IMG/VR virus record: IMGVR_UViG_3300032053_000099
Location: 1 to 54,199 of that record
Source: a virus
Taxonomy: Duplodnaviria > Caudoviricetes
DNA length: 54,199 nucleotides
Strand: one strand, 5' to 3'
Shown: positions 9,375 to 17,299 of the stretch, in pieces
Numbering within the stretch: position 1 is the stretch's first letter
Layout of the letters: every line of letters starts with the position of its first letter
Position numbers and translations under genes: made by a program
Notes under the pieces: model-generated
Seen by the model: only the letters and a program-made list of their open reading frames with translations
Told to the model about the DNA's origin: nothing
Database searches by the model: none

Positions 9375-10433
9375 ATGATCAGTAAGAAGAAGAAGAAGGC
9401 CAACAAGACGGCCAAGGGCAGGGCCTCGTCAGACGATGAAGACGACGAGGAGGAAGAAACTCCTCGGAAGAAAAAGAAGCCAGCCGCCAAGTCGCCAAAG
9501 TCCAAGAAGCCCCGGGACGACGATGACGATGACAACGGCGACGATGAGTCCGACTCTGACTCCGAGGAAGAGGACGAGGGCGAAGACTCCGACGACGCCG
9601 ATTCCGACGAAGAGGAGGAAGAAGAGGAAGCCCCCAAGAAGAAGAAAAAGGCCAAGGACGACGACGACGAAGAGGAGGAAGAGGAGGAAGAGGAGGAAGA
9701 GGAGGAAGAAGACGAAGAGGAAGAAGCCCCCAAGAAGAAAAAGAAGAAGGCCAAGGACGAAGATGAAGAGGAAGAAGAGGAGGAAGAGGAGGAAGAGGAG
9801 GAAGAGGAGACCGGCCACACGCCTCGTGCCCCCTCGATCCCCGTCCCCAAGGGCATGGAAGACTGCTTCGGGCAGTTCTATGACCCCGATGTGACAGAGT
9901 GCAAGAAATGCACCGAGTCACCGCACTGCAAAAAGCTGATGGCTGCTGGCCGCAAGAAAGCCGAGGAGTCGGCCGGCAAGAAGGGAGACAAGGTGAAGAA
10001 AGTCAAGAAAGCCGAGAAGCCCGAAAGGGAGGAGAAAGTCAAGAAGCACCGTGAGGAAGACGACGAGGAAGAAGCCCCGAAGAAGGCCAGCAGTAGCGGG
10101 ATGGGTGACGTGCTCAAGAGTGCGCTCGCGCGTTCTAACTACAAGGCCGTCAAGGGCAAGCTGAACATGGTTTCTTCCTCAGCGTTGTACGTTACCATTG
10201 GCGGCAAGAAAGCGGCCTTCATCAACAAGGCGGGCACCGACGAGCCGAACGTCAGGCTCATCACCAGCACCTCGCCGAAGAAGCTCGGCCTGGAACTCTC
10301 GGATTGGGGCAAAACGAACAACGTCCGCGAGTACGTGTTCAAGGGCAACTACAAGCTCCTAGGCAAGGCCCTGGCCATCGCCTTCAAGGCCATCCGCAGA
10401 GAGCAGCGATCTGAATCCGAGGACGAAGACTAG
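9375..10433 (+). CDS. intrinsically disordered acidic/basic block protein with Cys4 motif and C-terminal globular domain
   Basis: Alternating poly-D/E and poly-K tracts, CFG...CKKC....HC, C-terminal domain paralogous to ORF 723. Confidence 0.85.
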   Translation: MISKKKKKANKTAKGRASSDDEDDEEEETPRKKKKPAAKSPKSKKPRDDDDDDNGDDESDSDSEEEDEGEDSDDADSDEEEEEEEAPKKKKKAKDDDDEEEEEEEEEEEEEEDEEEEAPKKKKKKAKDEDEEEEEEEEEEEEEEETGHTPRAPSIPVPKGMEDCFGQFYDPDVTECKKCTESPHCKKLMAAGRKKAEESAGKKGDKVKKVKKAEKPEREEKVKKHREEDDEEEAPKKASSSGMGDVLKSALARSNYKAVKGKLNMVSSSALYVTIGGKKAAFINKAGTDEPNVRLITSTSPKKLGLELSDWGKTNNVREYVFKGNYKLLGKALAIAFKAIRREQRSESEDED

Positions 10434-10458
10434 CCGACCGAACCCCAAGTGGCACGAG

Positions 10459-10488
10459 ACGGAGGGGCTTTTACAGCAGCCCCTCCGT
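10459..10488 (+). terminator. stable hairpin between the IDR gene and the modification cluster
   Basis: ACGGAGGGGCT / AGCCCCTCCGT 11 bp inverted repeat; no clear U-tract. Confidence 0.45.
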
Positions 10489-10508
10489 ACCTCCCTCAAG
10501 GAACTGCC

Positions 10509-11486
10509 ATGAGATACCCAATAGAGCAGCCTCCGCCTTTTGCAGTGCAGATTGAACTGACCGAGGGGTGCAATCTGCGGTGCCCTTTCTGTGCTATATC
10601 TAGTATACGAACCTCTCAAAGCATTTACAAGTTCTTAACTGTCGAGAATGCCAGACGTATCGCGGATGGGATTGGTGACGCCGGTTGGACGCCGCGCATA
10701 GAGTTCGGGATGCATGGTGAACCTACCATCAATCCAAACTGCTGCGAGATCATCTACATATTCCGCAGGCGTCTTCCGGGTAGTCTGATGCTCTTGGAGT
10801 CCAATGGGACAGGCTTCGCCAGTAACACCATTTCCCGTCTGTTCGATGCTTTTGCTGCTGGGCTGGATAACCTGGCAATAGAGGACTATAGGCACGCTAA
10901 GATGTGTGCGCGGATACGCTCTAGGGCCTCGGAACACCCGGTAGACTTTAGTGAGGTTGGCGTTTTCATCTATGACTACCCCCGGGACCCAGAGGGCAAT
11001 CCCCATCGACGTGGCAAAAACAAGAAGCTGATATTCCTGGCCGACCCCACGGTCGCAAAGATCGGCACACACTCGCAGGTACATAACTCAGCGGGTTTGG
11101 CCAAGCCACCTCTGACGAAGCCTCCCACGACCCGTTGTGCGAAACCATTCAGGGAGCTAGCGATTCGGTGGGACGGCAATGTGGCTCTGTGCTGCAATGA
11201 CTGGCGAGGTTGGTACAAGATAGGCAATGTGTTACAGACTCCGGTCGAGGAGCTTTGGCAGCACAGCGCGTTCAATGCTGCGAGATTGAAGCTGTACCAC
11301 GGCCAGCGCGACTTCGGTCCCTGTAACGGTTGCGACGCTCGTAGCTACCGTGTGGGCCTATTGCCCGACAAGTTTGGTAAGGCGAAGCTTCCGGAGCCGG
11401 ATGATGGCACGTTGAGAACGATCAAGCGGGCGCTGTCTGGTGGAACGTACACCCTCCCGGTTCTTAGAGAATGGGAGGAGAGCTGA
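10509..11486 (+). CDS. radical SAM protein with SPASM/twitch domain
   Basis: ELTEGCNLRCPFC (CxxxCxxC), GEP, C.KPF...I.WDG.V.LCC.D..., PCNGC. Confidence 0.92.
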   Translation: MRYPIEQPPPFAVQIELTEGCNLRCPFCAISSIRTSQSIYKFLTVENARRIADGIGDAGWTPRIEFGMHGEPTINPNCCEIIYIFRRRLPGSLMLLESNGTGFASNTISRLFDAFAAGLDNLAIEDYRHAKMCARIRSRASEHPVDFSEVGVFIYDYPRDPEGNPHRRGKNKKLIFLADPTVAKIGTHSQVHNSAGLAKPPLTKPPTTRCAKPFRELAIRWDGNVALCCNDWRGWYKIGNVLQTPVEELWQHSAFNAARLKLYHGQRDFGPCNGCDARSYRVGLLPDKFGKAKLPEPDDGTLRTIKRALSGGTYTLPVLREWEES

Positions 11487-12289
11487 TGAAGCACCCCGAC
11501 CTGAAGATTTACATGGCAGTGCTCAGCCATGGACGCCCGGATAGCGTCAAAGAGGTTGAAGGGTATCTCGGCTGTGAGGCCACATGGTATGTTGGGGAAG
11601 GTGAGTCCAGCAGCTATCGCCGTCATGGAGCTGAGCGTGTGGTGGCAGCCGGAAACCTGCCGGATAGTAGGAACACAGCGTTGGAAGACGCGTGGAAGTA
11701 CGGCTTCACGTGTGTTCAGTGCTCTGATGACTGCCGTCGCTTTAGCATAGCGACAGAGCGTATGGTCAACTTGACGGCCTTGACAACGGCCATCCTCATC
11801 AAGTCGGCGATGGAGGCTGTGGGAGGGGTATATCTGGGAGGAGGGAACTCTACAAGCAACCCCTACATGGCTATCGGTCTTAGGACTGGTAGCAAGCTGC
11901 CCCCACAGCCTTCGGCGCAGCTCATTAGCTACAATCGCCTGGTTCTGGGAGACTTCTCCGTCGTGAGGCCCTGCGGCATATTCTTTGAAGACGACATCCT
12001 CGTCAAAGAGGACTATGCCTACACGTTGAAGCACCTCGTGGCTTTCGGTCGTGTTGTCCGTTGCAACTATATCCTACAGGACTTCCGTCACAGAGCCAAC
12101 CTCGGGGGTGCCAATCTGTGGCGCAATGAAGGTGCTGAGCAGGACGCCTGCAAGAAGATCCTAGAGCGCTGGCCGGGTGTGATACGGCCAGCGAAGCCTA
12201 AGTCCGGGTCTAGCTTCCCAGAGCTGATGATCACGTGGAAGCCCGAATTGCGGGACCACCTTCTGCCTGCGAGGTTTGCTAGGATATGA
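11486..12289 (+). CDS. GT-A glycosyltransferase, TET/JBP-associated (TAGT/GREB1/JGT-like)
   Basis: LSHGRP, SRN..LE.A, Q.SDD, KEDY..TL.H, N.GG pattern typical of that family; sits in a modification cluster. Confidence 0.7.
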   Translation: MKHPDLKIYMAVLSHGRPDSVKEVEGYLGCEATWYVGEGESSSYRRHGAERVVAAGNLPDSRNTALEDAWKYGFTCVQCSDDCRRFSIATERMVNLTALTTAILIKSAMEAVGGVYLGGGNSTSNPYMAIGLRTGSKLPPQPSAQLISYNRLVLGDFSVVRPCGIFFEDDILVKEDYAYTLKHLVAFGRVVRCNYILQDFRHRANLGGANLWRNEGAEQDACKKILERWPGVIRPAKPKSGSSFPELMITWKPELRDHLLPARFARI

Positions 12290-13203
12290 ATGTCACAGCA
12301 GCCGTGCTTCATGTGAATCCCACGAATCGTTGGTCCAGCGCTCCAACGGTACGTATCGCTAGATTTGTAGCTGACGCGCTTGGGATACCACTCTTGTGTG
12401 ATGAGGATTCATGCCACGCCAATCGCAACACTAAGTTTGATGTTCTATTTGTGAAGTTTGGAGTGCTGCGGTTCTGTGCGTATCGGGACATCGTCTTTCA
12501 GGTGTACCAGAAGGCAGATTTGATCATCAACCTGGAAAATGACTACGCATTCAAGCCGGACCCAAGGCTTCTCAAGCTGAACCCAAGCTATACCGTCTGG
12601 AGCACAGTGCCCAAGAACTGTGTGGAGGGCGGGCGTTATATCAATTGGAACAAGGCTTCCTGGATTCAAGGGATTAAGCCATCAAAGCATAAGCATTGGG
12701 ACGTCTTGTATCATGGGCGATGGCGCGATGACCGAGAGGCCCTGTTTGCCAGGTACTTCGATACGCCGAGCATCACAGTCAGCGCGCATTCGCGTAGCCA
12801 GCGGAAGTTCCTAGAGCAATACCCTCGTGTGACGCTTGTGCCCCAATTGAAGGACATCACTGAACTGAGGCACGCTGATCTAGGGCTGTATCTTGAAGAT
12901 GTGAAATCCAGTACGCTCTACTGTTCACCGGCACAACGCTTCTATGAGTGCGTGCAGGCTGGCGTGCCTGTGATATTCGACAGTGCGTGCATCCGTACGT
13001 TCTATACTGCGGGGTACGGTGATGTAAGCAATTTCGCTGTCGGGGGTAGTGCGTCTGCACTGAGGATGCTGCGGAGAGCTCCAAAAATTGTAGAGGCACA
13101 AGCCAAGTGGTACCGTGACTACGGTGCTGAACTGAGGCATGAACTGATGGAAGCACTGGCGGAAGAGGGTCTCAAGATTGGGGTGCGAAGATGGCCACGC
13201 TGA
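12286..13203 (+). CDS. GT-B glycosyltransferase resembling T4 DNA beta-glucosyltransferase
   Basis: DVLYHGRWRDDRE..F..YFDT and RFYECVQAGVPVIFD resemble T4 BGT segments as recalled (DVIYGGSFRSGQRE...FLFDT; RVWE..A....LID). Confidence 0.65.
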   Translation: MNVTAAVLHVNPTNRWSSAPTVRIARFVADALGIPLLCDEDSCHANRNTKFDVLFVKFGVLRFCAYRDIVFQVYQKADLIINLENDYAFKPDPRLLKLNPSYTVWSTVPKNCVEGGRYINWNKASWIQGIKPSKHKHWDVLYHGRWRDDREALFARYFDTPSITVSAHSRSQRKFLEQYPRVTLVPQLKDITELRHADLGLYLEDVKSSTLYCSPAQRFYECVQAGVPVIFDSACIRTFYTAGYGDVSNFAVGGSASALRMLRRAPKIVEAQAKWYRDYGAELRHELMEALAEEGLKIGVRRWPR

Positions 13204-14168
13204 TTGACAGGAAACCTTGGCTGCATCTGCCAATCGTCCCACTTATCCAGGAACACCTGGACCAGTTCTACCAGTTCGTCTACGAGCGGCACATGGTCTG
13301 GTTCCGCCGCTTCGCTCTGAAACTGTCTCCACCATGGACAGCAAATCGTTGGCTTCGGGACTACAAGTTCACGAACGTCTACCGTGAACTGGATCGTGGC
13401 ACAGCTTGGCTGATGAGCCATATCCTGAATCCTACTGCACTCGCAGCGGGCAGCCAACACAATCTCTTGTGGCAGGTGGTGTTGTACCGCGTCCTAAACC
13501 GTGTGGAGACGTTCGAGGCTGTCGGTATCCCGTCGTATTCCAAGTGGGAAGCTGACAAGGATATGTTCCGTAGCAACCTGTATGAGTACAAGCGTCGCCA
13601 TGGTCATGTGTTTACTAATGCTCACCTGACGGTTCCTGTCAACCGGCTCGGTGGTGACAAGCTCGCGGCGTATCTGAAAGGGCTGGATGCCTTGCATAAG
13701 CTGGTCCCCAAGCTGTGGATGGAGATAGCAGCCGCTGAAACCATGGAGCAGGTCTTTCGTGCTTTGCAACTGGTGCCATACGTCGGCCCCTTCATAGCCT
13801 ACGAGATCACCGTCGATCTCACATACGGCAAGTTGATACCGTTCACCGAGGACGATTTCGTGAATGCTGGCCCCGGTTGCAAGGTGGGCATCAAGCTGAT
13901 ATTCCCAGAGCGTAGCAAGAAGGACGAGCTTGTGGCAGCGATCCACGAACTGCGGGATAGCCAACAGTACCACTTCCAGCGTCTTAGCTTGGACTTCCCA
14001 TATCTCAACGGGAAGCCGCTGTCGCTGCGCAACATCGAGCACAGTTTGTGTGAATTTTGTAAGATGTGGAAGATCACCCATGGCGTCGGCAAGGCTCGGA
14101 TGCTGTTCAAGCCCAAGTCAACCAACCCCTACGAATCTGCTGCTGGTCAACTTCCCCTGTCATTCTAG
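13191..14168 (+). CDS. aGPT-Pplase1 / 5-hmdU DNA kinase helical-domain family (thymidine hypermodification)
   Basis: F..ERH.VW.RR...PPWT....L..YKFTNVYRELDRGT, GPF.AYE...DL, GPG...G, IEH.LCEF.K. Confidence 0.85.
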   Translation: MATLIDRKPWLHLPIVPLIQEHLDQFYQFVYERHMVWFRRFALKLSPPWTANRWLRDYKFTNVYRELDRGTAWLMSHILNPTALAAGSQHNLLWQVVLYRVLNRVETFEAVGIPSYSKWEADKDMFRSNLYEYKRRHGHVFTNAHLTVPVNRLGGDKLAAYLKGLDALHKLVPKLWMEIAAAETMEQVFRALQLVPYVGPFIAYEITVDLTYGKLIPFTEDDFVNAGPGCKVGIKLIFPERSKKDELVAAIHELRDSQQYHFQRLSLDFPYLNGKPLSLRNIEHSLCEFCKMWKITHGVGKARMLFKPKSTNPYESAAGQLPLSF

Positions 14169-14194
14169 CGTTTAATTCAATTGGAGGCAATGCA

Positions 14195-15358
14195 ATGCGA
14201 GACTATTTCGGTGCTGGCCTTGGTGCCATGTACCTTCAGTCTTTCCAGGCTATCAAACTCGAGGGTAGGGACATCACTGTGCGCGGTCAGGGATGCCGCG
14301 AGATGCGGTCGCCCGTCGTATTTGAGTACCTGAAACCCGGCTATTGCTGGATGCATATCCCGGGCCGTAGGTTCAATCCGTTCTTCGCCCTGGCCGAAGT
14401 GGTGTGGATACTCTCAGGACGCAACGATGTGAAGTGGCTCGCGTACTTCAACTCCAAGGTCGCTCAATTCTCTGACGATGGCCATACATTCCATGGTGCC
14501 TATGGGGAGAGGCTGCGGGCATGGCCTCGGTTGTATTTCCCTTCTACCGTGTCCGATCCTGCGGACCCCCGGTATCTTGACAAGGTGCCTATTGACCAGT
14601 TCAAGGAAGTCGTTGACAAACTGGAAGCCGATCCAGTTACACGGCAGGCGGTCATGTCGCTGTGGGATCCTGCTAGGGACAATGAGCCAGGGCACCGGGA
14701 TTATCCTTGTAATTCGATCGTCTATCTCAGTCTCCGTGACGGCAAGCTGGACATGACGGTGGTCATACGCTCCAACGATCTCATCTGGGGCGTACCTTAC
14801 AACGCGGTTCAGTTCAGTCATATACACGCCTACATAGCAGGCTGGCTGAACTGCCGAATCGGCACGCTCACGTACTTCATCCAGAACCTGCATTACTATT
14901 ACGATTTGTACCCTGACGCGCTGAAGTCCGTATCGGATGCTGCCCATCGAAAGGACTTATCTTTAGACTTCGCAAGGGGCGATACCCCTGCTGTCGGGGC
15001 GCTCTGCCATCCAGGGTTTGAAACTGTGACGCCCGGCGTGTTTGACAGTACCAGGGAGAATGTGGAGGCTGTGCTGTCCACGAAAGCTGTGCGCCCTTGG
15101 AGTTGGTACTTCGATTCATTCGGGTGCAAACACCCTGTGAACTATTGGACGTTCACGATCCCCCTGATGATCTGGATCTACAGGTCCATCAAGGAGTGTG
15201 CTCCCAAGACGCCAGCGCAGATAGAAGACCTGGTGTGCCATATCCGGGGCGTCGGTGAGCCGTTTACTACCCTTATAATGGATTGGCTGCCACCTAGCAA
15301 TCCTCTGACGCCGGAGCTGAAGGTTATCATGGAAAGGGAGCAGAGCCGCCATGGGTAA
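14195..15358 (+). CDS. thymidylate-synthase-fold enzyme, probably dUMP hydroxymethylase
   Basis: GAYG.R, TRQAV..LWDP, DYPCN, RSNDLIWGVPYN (Asn indicates dUMP specificity), NLHYY; GGAGG SD. Confidence 0.85.
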   Translation: MRDYFGAGLGAMYLQSFQAIKLEGRDITVRGQGCREMRSPVVFEYLKPGYCWMHIPGRRFNPFFALAEVVWILSGRNDVKWLAYFNSKVAQFSDDGHTFHGAYGERLRAWPRLYFPSTVSDPADPRYLDKVPIDQFKEVVDKLEADPVTRQAVMSLWDPARDNEPGHRDYPCNSIVYLSLRDGKLDMTVVIRSNDLIWGVPYNAVQFSHIHAYIAGWLNCRIGTLTYFIQNLHYYYDLYPDALKSVSDAAHRKDLSLDFARGDTPAVGALCHPGFETVTPGVFDSTRENVEAVLSTKAVRPWSWYFDSFGCKHPVNYWTFTIPLMIWIYRSIKECAPKTPAQIEDLVCHIRGVGEPFTTLIMDWLPPSNPLTPELKVIMEREQSRHG

Positions 15359-15854
15359 GAGTATGAAAGAGGGTGTGGAGAGGCCAGCCGCAGGCTCGCC
15401 TTGGTATCTCATATTTGAGGCGCTAGGGCTGGAGCAGTACGATGAATTAAGGCTGCTGCCAGAGAACTCGCCGCGTGTGCTGGTCATCTGTCGTGGCGGC
15501 AACTCCCGCTCCGTGGGCCTGTCGTTTCTTCTGAAGTACAAGTACAGCGTAGACGCGCTGTCGGCCAGCCTGGAGAAGAACTCAACAGAGACGCTTCGCC
15601 TGCTGTGTGACTGGGCCGACAAAGTAGTCCTCGTGGAAGGGTGGATGTACGAGCCGTTGACCAACTGGCTTCCATATGTCAGCCGCAGCAAGTTCCTGAT
15701 CTTCGATGTCGGTGGGGATTGGGGAGCAAATGGTATGAGTGTGGAGCGGTTGGTCGAGTTCGACTCTCGTATCCAGGAGGTCCTGTCTAAGCTACCAAAG
15801 GCTCATATTGAGCTTGAGCCGTGGTCCCGGAGGTTTAAGCTTATAGAAGACTAA
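15351..15854 (+). CDS. LMW-PTP/arsenate-reductase-fold phosphatase-like protein
   Basis: VLVICRGGNSRS P-loop (CX5RS), WAD.VV. Confidence 0.7.
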   Translation: MGKSMKEGVERPAAGSPWYLIFEALGLEQYDELRLLPENSPRVLVICRGGNSRSVGLSFLLKYKYSVDALSASLEKNSTETLRLLCDWADKVVLVEGWMYEPLTNWLPYVSRSKFLIFDVGGDWGANGMSVERLVEFDSRIQEVLSKLPKAHIELEPWSRRFKLIED

Positions 15855-15872
15855 AGTAGAGGGGGAACAAAC

Positions 15873-16343
15873 GTGAGAGCAATAACGCCTGAAAGATTCA
15901 AGGAACTGTACGAACTGGCAAAGCAGAGAGCCAGCGTGCGGAGTGTAGGGCTCGCCGCGTGGGAAGAGGTTTTTCATGACGGCTACACTTGTGCGATGTA
16001 TGACGTTGCCGCCATCCCTACACTGAGGTCCGAGGACGACTTCAGCTTTTCCAGGGTCTGTGGTATCCTGGCCCTGATCGAAGCCAAGAAAGGGAGATAC
16101 TACCAAGCGTCTTGGCAGCGACGCGGCCTGGATTCTGCATACGAAAATATCCGCCGCAAGTTCGACCGTCTGGAAGTTCTCGTTGCGGCGCTCAAAGCCG
16201 GGGAAGGCACAGGCAGCCAGTCCGAGAATATCCTGGAAACGCTCGGAGACGCTGCTGTCTATGCCATCAAGACTATCGTTCTGCTCAGTGAAGCAGACCC
16301 CAACGAATTGCAGAAGTGGCTTGAGGAGGTCCGCCAGATATGA
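15873..16343 (+). CDS. nucleotide-modification-associated domain 1 (DUF1599-like, MazG-type helical fold)
   Basis: K..YY..SW..RG......I.RK.DRL....E.I.ETL.D.AVYAI. Confidence 0.65.
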   Translation: MRAITPERFKELYELAKQRASVRSVGLAAWEEVFHDGYTCAMYDVAAIPTLRSEDDFSFSRVCGILALIEAKKGRYYQASWQRRGLDSAYENIRRKFDRLEVLVAALKAGEGTGSQSENILETLGDAAVYAIKTIVLLSEADPNELQKWLEEVRQI

Positions 16344-17299
16344 AACCAAAGCCGACGAAAGGTGTAGATGTGGCCCGCGTCTTGGTAACGGGTGCTACTA
16401 GCTTCCTAGGCTGGAATGTCGTCATGGAGCTGGTGAAGCGAGGTTTCTGGGTGCGCGCTGCCGACTTACCCGAAGCCGACTGGTCCGTCTACCCAGTATC
16501 TAAATTTCAGAAGGTAATCTATACAGATGGTGCTACTGTGGAACAGCTTCGGGGGCTGGTGGAGGGGGTGGGCTACGTGTTCCATTTCCATGAGAGCCCA
16601 TGGCTGGCTGGCGTCCCCCTCCACAAAGCAAGGAATGTGGATTACACGTTCAACCTCCTGTCCGCATGCCGCGTTGGCCGCCCGAAGTTCATATTTGCAT
16701 CCACCAGCGAAGTCTACTCCCCGCGTAGACCGGATATGGTCAAGTTACCGAGGGTGGAGTTCGACCGCTTGGCCCCGGTCTCGTGGTTTGGGATAACTAA
16801 GCTCATGGCCGAGCAGTGGGTACAACAATGGACAGGATTCGGGGTCGCTGGCCTCTCACCCGTCACCTTACGCTATTTCTGCCTATATGGTCCTGGGCAA
16901 AAGACGGGGGTTGTCCCGACGATGATAACTCAGATACAATCCAGGCTGCCTGTGGCGATCGACGCTGCGAACCCCTCGGCGGACTACGTGTATATCCAGG
17001 ACGCCGTTGACGCTTCGATAGCGGCCATGAAAGGCCCGCCAGGAGCTATCGTGAATGTGGGTTCCGGTAAGCAGTACACAGATAGGACTGTAGTTCAGAA
17101 GCTCGCCAAGCTCCTGGGCACTACAGTGGCCGTAGCTATACCTGCGGCGGGCAACGCTGTTCAGTATGGCGCGGCCAGCCTGACCTTTGCTGCCAAGGCT
17201 CTGAAATATCATCCAAAGGTTTCCATCGGCGAGGGCCTGGCAGCCACAGTCTCTGAATGGATGAGTCGGCCATTGGAGCGTATCCATGCGAGTGGATGA
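16340..17299 (+). CDS. NAD-dependent nucleotide-sugar epimerase/dehydratase (SDR)
   Basis: VLVTGATSFLG, FASTSEVY, FGITK (YxxxK degenerate), LRYF.LYGPGQ, DYVYIQD, NVGSG. Confidence 0.85.
   Translation: MKPKPTKGVDVARVLVTGATSFLGWNVVMELVKRGFWVRAADLPEADWSVYPVSKFQKVIYTDGATVEQLRGLVEGVGYVFHFHESPWLAGVPLHKARNVDYTFNLLSACRVGRPKFIFASTSEVYSPRRPDMVKLPRVEFDRLAPVSWFGITKLMAEQWVQQWTGFGVAGLSPVTLRYFCLYGPGQKTGVVPTMITQIQSRLPVAIDAANPSADYVYIQDAVDASIAAMKGPPGAIVNVGSGKQYTDRTVVQKLAKLLGTTVAVAIPAAGNAVQYGAASLTFAAKALKYHPKVSIGEGLAATVSEWMSRPLERIHASG

Noticed and set aside
9335-9921. Long minus-strand and alternative-frame ORFs (poly-Ser, poly-Leu/Phe, poly-Arg), also at 20627-21649
   Set aside because: Shadows of the GAR/GAY/AAG low-complexity coding strand, which lacks stops in other frames
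723-10433. Duplicated segments as a diversity-generating retroelement TR/VR pair
   Set aside because: Differences are not adenine-specific and no reverse transcriptase is present in the window
14195-15358. dCMP hydroxymethylase (T4-like glucosyl-hmC pathway) suggested by the BGT-like neighbour
   Set aside because: The specificity residue is Asn, not Asp, and the aGPT-Pplase1 neighbour points to uracil chemistry; not formally excluded without an assay
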